Made by a program: the position numbers and the translations under genes. A stretch of 64,000 nucleotides of DNA from a virus: the IMG/VR virus record IMGVR_UViG_3300030406_002001, positions 3,850-67,849 of that record; one strand, given 5' to 3'. Below the pieces are notes generated by a model. The model had not been told where the DNA came from. It did no database searches and saw only the letters and a list, made by a program, of their open reading frames with translations. Shown here in pieces: positions 49,377 through 58,254 of this stretch (positions are counted from its first letter, which is position 1; the number at the start of each line of letters is the position of its first letter).

Positions 49377-50881
49377 TATCTTCTCCTTTCGTATATGCTT
49401 TTAGGTTTTAAATTAAAAACATTAAAATTTCTTTTTGCTATTATAGGTTTACTAGATTTATTACCCATTGTCAAAGTTCTTCCTTCGCCTGCTCCAAGTA
49501 ATAAATATTGAAGTGCATCATGAATATGTGAAAATCTATTTTTATTTGGCTTTTCATCATAACGTTCTCCACTTACTTGGAGTCTACGATAATGATAACC
49601 ACCTGTAAATCCTTTAATAAGATTTGTACAACTTTTATCTACAAGTAAACCACTTTCACCATCAACCATTCTATTAAGTGTAGCATTTACAGATTCTAAA
49701 CGTAAACTTACATCATTGCTAGGTGCGGGTCTTGCCATAATGCCTAGTCCTTTTAATATTTGAAATGGTGTATTTTCATCTGTTTGAACCCTATGGTCAC
49801 CTGCAGGGTCACCAAATATTTGAAATGGGCGTGGTAAATACTTTGTCATACTCATTTTCATAAGTTCTGCAAAACGAACAATACCCATATCTTCTGCAAC
49901 AAGTTCTTCGCATACAACCCACCGATTTCTAATTTTTTGTGCAAAGACACAGGCAGGAGTTAATCCAAAGTCAATCCCAATATAAATAGGTAATTGTGGT
50001 GCAAGGGCTAGTTCTCCTTTAGCTACATGAACATCAGTTCTAAATGATTCATATACAGGTTTACCATCTTCTATTTGTCCTAATTTATTTAAAACATATA
50101 CATCAATCCAAGATTTGGTCTTACCACGTATAATATTTTGGTAATAATTTTTTGTAAGATTTTTACTATTTTCTTGTTTTGGATTTTCTTTATAACTTTC
50201 TATTTCTTTTTCATTATTACGTTGTTCTAATAACGCAGGTGGTTGATTCCAAAACTTCCAATTATCTGGAGTTATTAACATTTTTGCTTCTTGTTTACTT
50301 ATATAATCTGGAATAATTGATTCACCAGACATGATACTCCACCAGTGGTCTGTATCTGGAGGGTTGGTATCGCAAATAACACCATACCATGTTGGGCCAC
50401 CATCACGCATAGATGGAAAACGACCAACACGCATAGAACAAGCATCAACAATTGACTTAGGAATCTCTCTAGCTTCATTTATCCAAACTCCTGTTAGTTC
50501 TAAAGATAATAACTTTTTAACATCTTCTGGTCTATCTAAAGCTAAAAATATAACTTCAAGGTCTATATCACCTTTTTGTATCTTATGTGTATAAGGCACA
50601 CTCCATGTAAATGTACCCCAATCTTCTTCGGGAAACCAATCTAACCATGTTTTTATAGTTGTTGTTTTAAGTTGTGGGTTTGTATTTCTTATGACTGCCC
50701 ATCTAGATTTACGTATACCATCTTCTGATTTTGCTTGAGTTATTGCTGTTTTAATTATTTCTATACAACAGGCAACAGATTTACCCGAGCCAACAGGCCC
50801 ACGTATACCTCTAAAAAAACTTTTATTTTTAAGAAACTCTTTAAGAGTATCACCATCTGGCTTATAGTTTAGTGATGCCAT
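49376..50881 (-). CDS. terL: Terminase large subunit (BPP-1-like)
   Basis: GPVGSGKS, WINEARE, DTNPP, GIDFGLTP, SHIHDALQY. Confidence 0.95.
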   Translation of the reverse strand: MASLNYKPDGDTLKEFLKNKSFFRGIRGPVGSGKSVACCIEIIKTAITQAKSEDGIRKSRWAVIRNTNPQLKTTTIKTWLDWFPEEDWGTFTWSVPYTHKIQKGDIDLEVIFLALDRPEDVKKLLSLELTGVWINEAREIPKSIVDACSMRVGRFPSMRDGGPTWYGVICDTNPPDTDHWWSIMSGESIIPDYISKQEAKMLITPDNWKFWNQPPALLEQRNNEKEIESYKENPKQENSKNLTKNYYQNIIRGKTKSWIDVYVLNKLGQIEDGKPVYESFRTDVHVAKGELALAPQLPIYIGIDFGLTPACVFAQKIRNRWVVCEELVAEDMGIVRFAELMKMSMTKYLPRPFQIFGDPAGDHRVQTDENTPFQILKGLGIMARPAPSNDVSLRLESVNATLNRMVDGESGLLVDKSCTNLIKGFTGGYHYRRLQVSGERYDEKPNKNRFSHIHDALQYLLLGAGEGRTLTMGNKSSKPIIAKRNFNVFNLKPKSIYERRR

Positions 50882-51056
50882 AATCTACAGCTAGTTTAAT
50901 TAATTTTTCTCTAGCGTTTTCAGATAATGATTCTATTATTCTGTCCGCTTCATGATTGGTAACAAATTCTTTTGGGTAGTGTTTCATATGTTGTGATTTC
51001 ACCACAGTACGTAATGTGTCTATTTCTTTAATAGATAATCGTGTAAATAGCGTCAT
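50862..51056 (-). CDS. Hypothetical protein
   Basis: Coupled ORF before TerL. Confidence 0.6.
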   Translation of the reverse strand: MTLFTRLSIKEIDTLRTVVKSQHMKHYPKEFVTNHEADRIIESLSENAREKLIKLAVDYGITKL

Positions 51057-51454
51057 ACTCTTCTATATTTTCTAACTTTTCTTGCTATTGCTCTTGGTTG
51101 TTTACTAAACTGTTTACCACTAGCTTTATCTTTTCTTTTCTTTGCAGTTGTACGAGCATATTCTGCTGATGATAAACTTTTAATTGCTTTTGATGGAAGA
51201 TAGCGTTCACCTGTTTCAGAAGATTTTTTACCGGACTTTGTTCTCCATTTTTGTTTTGACCACTTTGCAAGTGAGGTTTTTGATTTACCACCACCACTAT
51301 AACCACCACCTGCTTTTTTATAGGCTTTGACGGCGGCTTGGGCTTTTCTACCTGACCATTGACCTGCACCTGTGCCATGACTTGCTTGTGCTTTTATACG
51401 TGCAACAATTCTTTTCCAAAGACTTGGTTTAGTTTTTTTTGCTGTCTTGCTCAT
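51053..51454 (-). CDS. Basic protein, DUF5872-like
   Basis: GQWSGRKAQ, YKKAGGGY, SLAKWSKQKW, GERYLP. Confidence 0.7.
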   Translation of the reverse strand: MSKTAKKTKPSLWKRIVARIKAQASHGTGAGQWSGRKAQAAVKAYKKAGGGYSGGGKSKTSLAKWSKQKWRTKSGKKSSETGERYLPSKAIKSLSSAEYARTTAKKRKDKASGKQFSKQPRAIARKVRKYRRV

Positions 51455-51672
51455 TTTTTTGCTCTATTAAATGCTATTGATGTAATTCGTATATTAGCTA
51501 AACTATTATTTCTTGGATTACCATCTCTATGGTCTATATCTTTTTTGTCATTTTTACTTACTCTTTTTAATCGTATAAGTAATCTACGCATTTTGTTGCG
51601 GTGTGCTCTATCTTTTTTTTGTGACGAAGATGATTGGAATTTAGCATATTCGTCCTTATAATCTCTATGCAT
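51451..51672 (-). CDS. Small HNH-motif protein
   Basis: KDIDHRDGNPRNNSLANIR...NR. Confidence 0.7.
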   Translation of the reverse strand: MHRDYKDEYAKFQSSSSQKKDRAHRNKMRRLLIRLKRVSKNDKKDIDHRDGNPRNNSLANIRITSIAFNRAKK

Positions 51673-51673
51673 T

Positions 51674-51853
51674 TTATTGAGTGTAAACTATTTTTTTTGC
51701 CATTTCTTCAGCAACTTCTTTGCTATGTCCACGTATCATTTTAATTTGTACATAATCAGCAAACTGTTTGGCTCTATGATTTTTAAGTTCTTTTTTTTCA
51801 TTAGCAAGTATTTTATCTGCTATTGCTTCCATTTTTTTACTTTTTTTTGTCAT
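51674..51853 (-). CDS. 59-aa hypothetical protein
   Basis: Manual ORF MTKKSKKMEAIADK...IVYTQ filling gap. Confidence 0.5.
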   Translation of the reverse strand: MTKKSKKMEAIADKILANEKKELKNHRAKQFADYVQIKMIRGHSKEVAEEMAKKIVYTQ

Positions 51854-53144
51854 ATTTATCTAATATTTTTTTTAGTTGTTGTCCATATACTCTAACAAGT
51901 CCCTGACTTGCTGTGTTTGATATTATTTTATTTTCTGTTTGTTTTATAATGTCTTCTCTTAATTTATTTGCTTTTGCCCTATCTGCATTAGTTAAATTAA
52001 TTTTACCTTTTGAGCCAATAAGACTTCTAAACTTTTCTGTTATTGCTGTACGTAATTGTTTTGCATCTACTTCTCCTTTAACAGCCTTATCATATGTTTT
52101 ATCTTTTTCTGTTTTAGGATTTTTAGAATCAACAAATTTATTTAATCTTTTTTGTGCTTGTTCTCTTTTTACTCGTCTACTGCTTTTTTGTGGTGGTTGT
52201 GACCTTGCTCCTGTTTTTAATTTTGTTGGTTGTATTTTTTTACCAACTTTCTCAACTGTTTCTCCAACTTTTCTTCGAACAACAAGTTCACCTCTTTTAA
52301 ACATATCAACAGCTTTACCCAATCGTTTTTTTACTGCACCACTTTCTAATCTAGTTTTACGTAATTTTTTACCTAATACTTTACGTTTACCTTCTGATTC
52401 TGCTAATTTCTCTGCATCTGTTTTAGATTGTGTTTTTTTAGTAGTTGTTTTTTTAGTAGTTGTTTTTTCTGTGGTTTTAGCTTTTGGTCTACCACGTGCA
52501 TCTCGTGGTTGTTTCTTTGCCAAGTCTGCCTGTGGAAATCTTTTCTTGTATGCTTTAGTAAATCGTGCAAGTCCTTTTTTAAATGCCGATTTGCCTTTTT
52601 TCATAAGTGCTTTACCTACAGGTGTTTTTGCAAAAAGTTGTGCTCCTCTACCTAATCCACGAATAAATACTGGAGTTAAAGCTAAACCTGCTACAGTTCC
52701 AACTGTTTTTAATACTTTTTTATTACGTGCATCACGTCTTGCTTTTTCTTCTGCTGTTAATGGTTTTCTGTCTGCTCTACGTCTAAGTCTTTGTTTTTTG
52801 TTGCCTTGTTGACGGACAGGTTCTGCTTTTTGTTTTGACTCTTCTGCTTTCTCTCTATTTAATCTATTTATTAATTCAGTATCATCAACTCCTGTTTGTT
52901 TTTTTTCAACTACCTTTTTTTCTTTTACAGGTGATATATTTTCTTTTTGAACAGGTATTGGCTTTGGAACTGTTGTTGATTCACCATAACCTTGTGCTTT
53001 AGTTCCTGTGCCTTGTTCTTGTCTTTCATTATCAGATTCACCACGACGTGTAGCAAACTCACCCATTCTAGCAATAGCTGTATAGTTTGTAGGATTTAAA
53101 CGTAGAAGACGTCTACGTTTTCTTTCTCTTTCTGCTTTATCCAC
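51837..53144 (-). CDS. 435-aa very basic low-complexity protein
   Basis: Lys/Arg-rich, one hydrophobic segment, TTTKK repeats; AGGAG RBS with GTG start. Confidence 0.75.
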   Translation of the reverse strand: MDKAERERKRRRLLRLNPTNYTAIARMGEFATRRGESDNERQEQGTGTKAQGYGESTTVPKPIPVQKENISPVKEKKVVEKKQTGVDDTELINRLNREKAEESKQKAEPVRQQGNKKQRLRRRADRKPLTAEEKARRDARNKKVLKTVGTVAGLALTPVFIRGLGRGAQLFAKTPVGKALMKKGKSAFKKGLARFTKAYKKRFPQADLAKKQPRDARGRPKAKTTEKTTTKKTTTKKTQSKTDAEKLAESEGKRKVLGKKLRKTRLESGAVKKRLGKAVDMFKRGELVVRRKVGETVEKVGKKIQPTKLKTGARSQPPQKSSRRVKREQAQKRLNKFVDSKNPKTEKDKTYDKAVKGEVDAKQLRTAITEKFRSLIGSKGKINLTNADRAKANKLREDIIKQTENKIISNTASQGLVRVYGQQLKKILDKYDKKK

Positions 53145-53241
53145 TTTTCTTCCTTTTTAATTTTTTAAAATCAGCACCTGTAATTTTATTACGTGGTTTT
53201 GCAACACGGGCAATTTTTTTTTGTTTAGGACTTAATCGCAT
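53137..53241 (-). CDS. 34-aa basic peptide
   Basis: MRLSPKQKKIARVAKPRNKITGADFKKLKRRKSG. Confidence 0.55.
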   Translation of the reverse strand: MRLSPKQKKIARVAKPRNKITGADFKKLKRKKSG

Positions 53242-53419
53242 TTTTACCTTTCATTTTCATAATTTTTCTTTTAACACTAGCAGGTAAATCTTTAAAGTGA
53301 AATAATTTTTCACTTGTTTTATTATGTGTCTTACCTGTATGTGTTTCTCCATTAGGCATTTTATGAGTACCCCCCTTATGGACAGACCCATCTTTTTTAT
53401 AGTGAGGTACTCCTTTCAT
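53225..53419 (-). CDS. His/Lys-rich small protein
   Basis: HYKKDG...THKMPNG..HTGKTH. Confidence 0.65.
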   Translation of the reverse strand: MKGVPHYKKDGSVHKGGTHKMPNGETHTGKTHNKTSEKLFHFKDLPASVKRKIMKMKGKNAIKS

Positions 53420-53469
53420 TAGTACCCTTTTTTCTTTTTTTTCTTCATTGGCATTTTTTTTCCGGGCAT
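53419..53469 (-). CDS. 16-aa poly-Lys peptide
   Basis: MPGKKMPMKKKKKKGY exactly fills the gap, TAATG coupling. Confidence 0.45.
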   Translation of the reverse strand: MPGKKMPMKKKKKKGY

Positions 53470-53470
53470 T

Positions 53471-53773
53471 TTACTTTCCTTTCTTTTTTTTATTTTTTAA
53501 TCGTATGGACATACGCTTTGCTTTGGCTCTTGCATCTGCCTTGCTCGACGCACCCCATGCACGTAATGATAACAAAAGTCGTGTTGGTTTTCCATCTTTA
53601 TATTCTGGACCGGGCATATTACCCATTCTTGCTAGAAAAGATGCACGTCTTGGATTATCTCCACGTTTGACAGGAGGACGTAATGTACCTCCTTTATAAG
53701 ATGCACGACCTTTGGCATTTAATCCTCCCTTAGGATTCTTACCTGCCTTTCTTTGCCATGCGGGTGTTTTCAT
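53471..53773 (-). CDS. Basic protein, DUF6321-like
   Basis: GGLNAKGRAS, LRPPVK, RRASFLARM, SLRAW. Confidence 0.7.
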   Translation of the reverse strand: MKTPAWQRKAGKNPKGGLNAKGRASYKGGTLRPPVKRGDNPRRASFLARMGNMPGPEYKDGKPTRLLLSLRAWGASSKADARAKAKRMSIRLKNKKKKGK

Positions 53774-54063
53774 TTACTTTTTAATTTTTTAGCTTTTTTC
53801 TTAGCTAATCTTTTTTTTCTAGCTGTTTCTATTTTATTTTCTGCTTTATCTTTTTCTAAAAGACGACGTACCGGAGTTATAAATCTATCTCTTGAGCGTT
53901 TTGGCTTTGATGCTCTTTCTCCAGATGTTTCTGGATTAATAGTTACCATATATCCACCAAGTGTTTTATGTTGTTTTGCACCCGTAAAAGGATTTACATT
54001 CTTTGATGTAACCATACTACCAAATTTTCTAACAGACTTTTTCTGAAACTTTTTATTTGTCAT
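53770..54063 (-). CDS. Basic hypothetical protein, first gene of late operon
   Basis: TTGCTT-17-TAAGGT promoter ends 6 nt before ATG. Confidence 0.65.
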   Translation of the reverse strand: MTNKKFQKKSVRKFGSMVTSKNVNPFTGAKQHKTLGGYMVTINPETSGERASKPKRSRDRFITPVRRLLEKDKAENKIETARKKRLAKKKAKKLKSK

Positions 54064-54204
54064 AACCGAACCTTAACAGAAAAAAAAATAAAAAGCAACG
54101 AACCTTGAACAACTTTAACGAGAGGATGGTACTTCTACTATGGTGGCGTCAGCTGTTTTTCTAACCTACCCTATGATTTATACTTGCGTTGCGGTGTAAA
54201 AATC

Positions 54205-54567
54205 TTACGTCAGGTCTATATTGATAGAGAAATCACCTTTAACTAGGTGCTGATGCTTGTCAGGTGCTTTAAATCCTGCCCTGTCAAGTATATCTTTACT
54301 GGCTTCCAACTGTACGTACTCTGATTTAGCATCAGTACAGAGTCTAAGTAACGTGCTACTTGCCTTCGTCGCACTCAGTCCTAACGTTCTTTGTATCTCT
54401 TGATTCATATATTGCTGTACCTTTGGAGTTCGTAGCATCTTACTTGCACTAACACGGGCACTAGTGCCCTTGTATCCTGCGACTTTGGACGCCTTGGTTA
54501 TCGTACAACCTGTGGCTACGAGTGTATCCACTAACAATTTCGCCTTTGCTGATATTTCGTTGCTCAT
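54205..54567 (-). CDS. terS: Terminase small subunit
   Basis: ASKVAGY...ASKMLRTPKVQQY, ASKDILDRAG. Confidence 0.8.
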   Translation of the reverse strand: MSNEISAKAKLLVDTLVATGCTITKASKVAGYKGTSARVSASKMLRTPKVQQYMNQEIQRTLGLSATKASSTLLRLCTDAKSEYVQLEASKDILDRAGFKAPDKHQHLVKGDFSINIDLT

Positions 54568-54722
54568 AACTACTAACTCTTCTTATACTTGTTAATCTTT
54601 CATTTGTCAACATACCATGTATCATTGAGATACTACACCTATGAAAAGATATGCTGAGCATACCAGAACGGCTAAGAAGCCGTTCTTTCTTTTCAAAGCT
54701 TCCGTATCTCTTTTATAATAAT

Positions 54723-55019
54723 CATACTTGCCACATTGCAAGTATGCAAAAATGTCACCTTACTTTGTGGTATTACAAAGTAAGCAAAAAATATAATATC
54801 ATACTTTGCCTTTTACCACGTCCCGATAATTATAGTACAAGAAAAAAGACAGCACGGTGGGTCCCGGCACTTCGTGCCACCCTTCCGGCGTACGCTTTTG
54901 TCTTGTACTAAATTTCGGCTCAGGTTGGGTGCCCGCAATCAAGATTGCGACCCTGCCCTGCGGTAAACTACGTGGTAAAAGGAAGAGTGATATTTGTATA
55001 TTATGTATACAGGTATCAC
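54723..55019 (+). ncRNA. Candidate structured leader/ncRNA (multi-branched, GC-rich)
   Basis: 13-bp stem 54809-54821/54970-54982 enclosing two arms with repeated GGGT-SCC-hairpin-ACCC; flanking hairpins. Confidence 0.5.
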
Positions 55020-55053
55020 GTAATATTAACTCATAATAAAAAGGATAAACATT

Positions 55054-55572
55054 ATGAAACAACCAAAAAATAAAACAATTGGTAGTGTTGCAAAAATAGT
55101 AAACACTATTGTAACTGAGTTAGACCGAACATATACTGCAGGTCTACTCAATCAGTATGACGACCCATCTGCGACCTTAGTTGGTTCAATGATTGAGTCT
55201 TGTCAGTACCTAATAACTAATGATAAAGCAAAAAATACAACTCTATACATCTCAAACGAAGCAGATGAAAAATACAATCTGTATCTAAGAGAGCTTGAGG
55301 ATAAAAAAGAACAACATAATGACCCTAAATTCGCAGGGCCTAAACGTTTTGATAACCTTGCTCTTGAAGAAGCAGTTGACTTAGTTGAAGGTAACGGAGG
55401 CGACGCTATTGATAGAAAAGTTATCGCTAACTCAAACCTTGAAGCCATCAAAATGCTACAATCAGACTTGTTTGATTGTTACAAAGCAATGTTTGACAGA
55501 GAGTACGTACTTGTTGATGAAAGAAAATCATCAACAGTAACTAAGCGTCCATCACGTAAGATGATTGCTTAA
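55054..55572 (+). CDS. First early gene, hypothetical
   Basis: AAGGA RBS, own terminator. Confidence 0.75.
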   Translation: MKQPKNKTIGSVAKIVNTIVTELDRTYTAGLLNQYDDPSATLVGSMIESCQYLITNDKAKNTTLYISNEADEKYNLYLRELEDKKEQHNDPKFAGPKRFDNLALEEAVDLVEGNGGDAIDRKVIANSNLEAIKMLQSDLFDCYKAMFDREYVLVDERKSSTVTKRPSRKMIA

Positions 55573-55579
55573 CTAAACT

Positions 55580-55617
55580 AAACCCAAGTGTTACCTTCCT
55601 GACACTTGGGTTTTTTT
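55580..55617 (+). terminator. Intrinsic terminator
   Basis: AAACCCAAGTGTT/GACACTTGGGTTT plus T-run. Confidence 0.85.
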
Positions 55618-55684
55618 ATGATTACGGAACACCCCCTTGTGCTTCGCACGGCGGGGGTGCCACCTTCGTATCATTTCACTATCA

Positions 55685-55739
55685 TCAGTACAAAATAAAA
55701 TCAGTACGACTTGCAATGCAAATGTCAGTACTATATAAT
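55685..55739 (+). promoter_or_regulatory. Early promoter with three TCAGTAC repeats
   Basis: TTGCAA-17-TATAAT; TCAGTAC at 55685, 55701, 55725. Confidence 0.7.
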
Positions 55740-55759
55740 AACAATGAAAGGATAATGTT

Positions 55760-56101
55760 ATGTCAAAATATCTAAATGAAGATTCTCGTAAACATCATTA
55801 CGAAAGTACAATCGAGTCAACTCACCTCAAGCATATCAATTATATCAATACAATGAGGCAGTATGCAAATGAATATCAAGCAACAGTACAAGAAAAAAGT
55901 GTTGATATACCTGCACCTATGTTAGAAAAAGCCATGCATAGCTACAAAAAAATATTTGATATTACACACGCTATGCTAATAGCAATTGAAAACAATATGT
56001 ATGATAAAACAGTTTGGGAACAAGGTATGCTAAGTGTAAACCAATACGTAGACAGTATGGAAACAATTGCAAACTATGGAGGTACAAATGGCAAAAATTA
56101 G
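55760..56101 (+). CDS. Early hypothetical protein
   Basis: AAGGA RBS after promoter. Confidence 0.65.
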   Translation: MSKYLNEDSRKHHYESTIESTHLKHINYINTMRQYANEYQATVQEKSVDIPAPMLEKAMHSYKKIFDITHAMLIAIENNMYDKTVWEQGMLSVNQYVDSMETIANYGGTNGKN

Positions 56102-56306
56102 ACCAACACGCAGAACAACACTAAAACTAAAAAGAACACTAGCAAGATATCAAGAAGAATATTACATCAATGACCAAGCTATACTTGCAGGTCAATGTGA
56201 TGATGAAGAGCGGCAAAAATTTTTAGACAAAGAAATCAAAGCTATATGTAATTTACTAAACTATGATTTTGTACAAACAATGGAGCAATACTATGAAAAC
56301 AAATGA
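56088..56306 (+). CDS. Early hypothetical protein
   Basis: GGAGG RBS before ATG 56088. Confidence 0.6.
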   Translation: MAKIRPTRRTTLKLKRTLARYQEEYYINDQAILAGQCDDEERQKFLDKEIKAICNLLNYDFVQTMEQYYENK

Positions 56307-56454
56307 ACGTAAAGAACTGCGCACACAAATACAAAATGTAATCACAGCAATGGAAAAAGATATGCAAGTACAGAACATCTACACAAAACATGTCTTATAC
56401 AAATACGTTGCTTCATTACAAACTATTGACAATTATCTAGAGAATTCAACGTAG
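56293..56454 (+). CDS. Early hypothetical protein
   Basis: GGAG RBS before ATG 56293. Confidence 0.55.
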   Translation: MKTNERKELRTQIQNVITAMEKDMQVQNIYTKHVLYKYVASLQTIDNYLENST

Positions 56455-56652
56455 CTTCAATGTGCATTTAGTGTACGTAGATGCAACTGCGAATAGGTTT
56501 TGTCCTTTGTACCTACCTGACTCCACGGCTAACAAACAAGGACATTTAAACTGTAGCTACATCAATGTAGAGGAGGGCTGTAAAAAGCGTACCATTTAAT
56601 GTACAAAGATGTAGCTTACAGCTATATCAACTAAACTAACAAGGAGATAAAT

Positions 56653-57531
56653 ATGTTAGACATTGTAAACAAAAATGACTATGACTTTCCTGTAGAAATG
56701 GTAGAACTCGAAGCCATCAATACAGAAGGACAAGTTGGCAAAGATAACTACAAAGTACCTAAAGACTTGGCACGTGCTTGTGTACGTACTGATACCGGAC
56801 AGGTACTAGGTATTCACGGCAGTAAATACAAACCAATCAATCACAATACTGTTGTCAATACAATTGAATCAAGTGTGGATAAAATGTTAGCAACATTGAA
56901 CAAGTCAATTGATTCAGAAGATATTGATTACAAGGTAAATGTATATGACAACGGCGCAAAAATGCGAGGGTCATATACATTCAAGAACCTTGTAATACAA
57001 CCAAAACTAGATGATATTGTAGCATTTCGTATCAACTTTTTCAATAGCTATGACCAATCTTGGGCATTTCAATCTATTGCAGATGGCCTTCGACTTTGGT
57101 GCCTCAATGGGTGCACAACACCTGCAACAGCTACAAAAGTTAGATACAAACATACAACCAAAGTATCTATTGATTGTGTCAAACAAAAAATGATTGATGG
57201 TTTCAATTATTTCAATGACCAAGAAGGTACATTCAAAATGTATGCACTTACAGATGTACAAGACCATGCAGTTGAATCATTTTTCAAACAAACATTATGT
57301 AAAACATTTACACGTAGCACATCTTCATTGCCGTGGAATATGTTTCAGTTTGAAGAACTTATGCGTCAGTACGACAAAGAAAAGTCTACACTTGGTAGAA
57401 ACTTATGGGCTGTATACAATACTATGACCCATTGGGCTACCCATGTAGGTAATCACAAAACACAAAAACGCAGAGAAGATGAAGTAGCTAAAGCACTTTC
57501 ATCACATCAATCAATCTTTACAGGAGTCTAA
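56653..57531 (+). CDS. DUF932-family protein
   Basis: VRTDTGQVLG...YKPINH, NSYD, RLWCLNG, NLWAVYNTMTHWATH. Confidence 0.8.
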   Translation: MLDIVNKNDYDFPVEMVELEAINTEGQVGKDNYKVPKDLARACVRTDTGQVLGIHGSKYKPINHNTVVNTIESSVDKMLATLNKSIDSEDIDYKVNVYDNGAKMRGSYTFKNLVIQPKLDDIVAFRINFFNSYDQSWAFQSIADGLRLWCLNGCTTPATATKVRYKHTTKVSIDCVKQKMIDGFNYFNDQEGTFKMYALTDVQDHAVESFFKQTLCKTFTRSTSSLPWNMFQFEELMRQYDKEKSTLGRNLWAVYNTMTHWATHVGNHKTQKRREDEVAKALSSHQSIFTGV

Positions 57532-57532
57532 T

Positions 57533-57763
57533 ATGAGTCAAATACAACAAGTTTTAGAACATCTTAAGCTACACAGAAGTATTACACCAATCGAAGCACT
57601 AAATATGTATGCTTCTTTTAGATTAAGTGCTATAATTTTTGAGCTACGAAAAGAACATTATATCAATACAGTACTTGTAGATGATGTAAACAAATTTGGC
57701 AAACCAGTACAATATGCCAAATATATGTATGTCGGCGCAATAGAAAGTGAGGGGAAGAAATGA
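57533..57763 (+). CDS. Winged HTH protein
   Basis: VLEHL...SITPIEAL...FRLSAIIFELRK. Confidence 0.75.
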   Translation: MSQIQQVLEHLKLHRSITPIEALNMYASFRLSAIIFELRKEHYINTVLVDDVNKFGKPVQYAKYMYVGAIESEGKK

Positions 57764-58254
57764 ACTACAAACAGCTAGTTCAAGAACTAGCACAGGTACG
57801 AAAAGACTTACGGCTTTGTAGCCGTGCTCTATCCGATAGGATAGGCGTGGCGGAATCGTCCGTAAGTCTTTGGGAGTGTGGCAAAAAAGTGCCTAATGCA
57901 CAACTGCTTATGGATTGGTGTACTGCACTAGGTACAACACTTACTATGCTTCACGGCAAGACAACCATTTCAATTGAATATCAACCTTGCCAATACACAC
58001 AAGATTGGATAACCAAAACTTACGGAGAGCACTATGACTATAACCAAGAACGAGAAATCTTTATTGACTATTACAAATCAACTGGAGCAATTAAAAGCGA
58101 TTGGCACGCTTCCTTCAGAAACTGGCTCAGACGAGCACACAAGTTTGCCAATGCACGAAAAAATACGGAAAGCAACTTGGTCGTCAGTTCCGAGGGCGTT
58201 CAAGAAAGACGTCAACGAATCTCTAATGTTACTAACATACGACTTAAGACATAA
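57760..58254 (+). CDS. XRE HTH fused to initiator-like C-terminal domain
   Basis: LSDRIGVAESSVSLWECGKKVP; FIDYY...DWHASFRNWLRRA. Confidence 0.65.
   Translation: MNYKQLVQELAQVRKDLRLCSRALSDRIGVAESSVSLWECGKKVPNAQLLMDWCTALGTTLTMLHGKTTISIEYQPCQYTQDWITKTYGEHYDYNQEREIFIDYYKSTGAIKSDWHASFRNWLRRAHKFANARKNTESNLVVSSEGVQERRQRISNVTNIRLKT

Noticed and set aside
51913-52812. 299-aa plus-strand ORF
   Set aside because: Antisense shadow of the Lys-rich 435-aa gene (Phe/Leu-rich mirror); the other short antisense ORFs in the track were rejected for the same reason
54651-55062. ORFs 54651-54911 (+) and 54799-55062 (-)
   Set aside because: No convincing RBS and atypical composition; they are open because the region is GC-rich and structured
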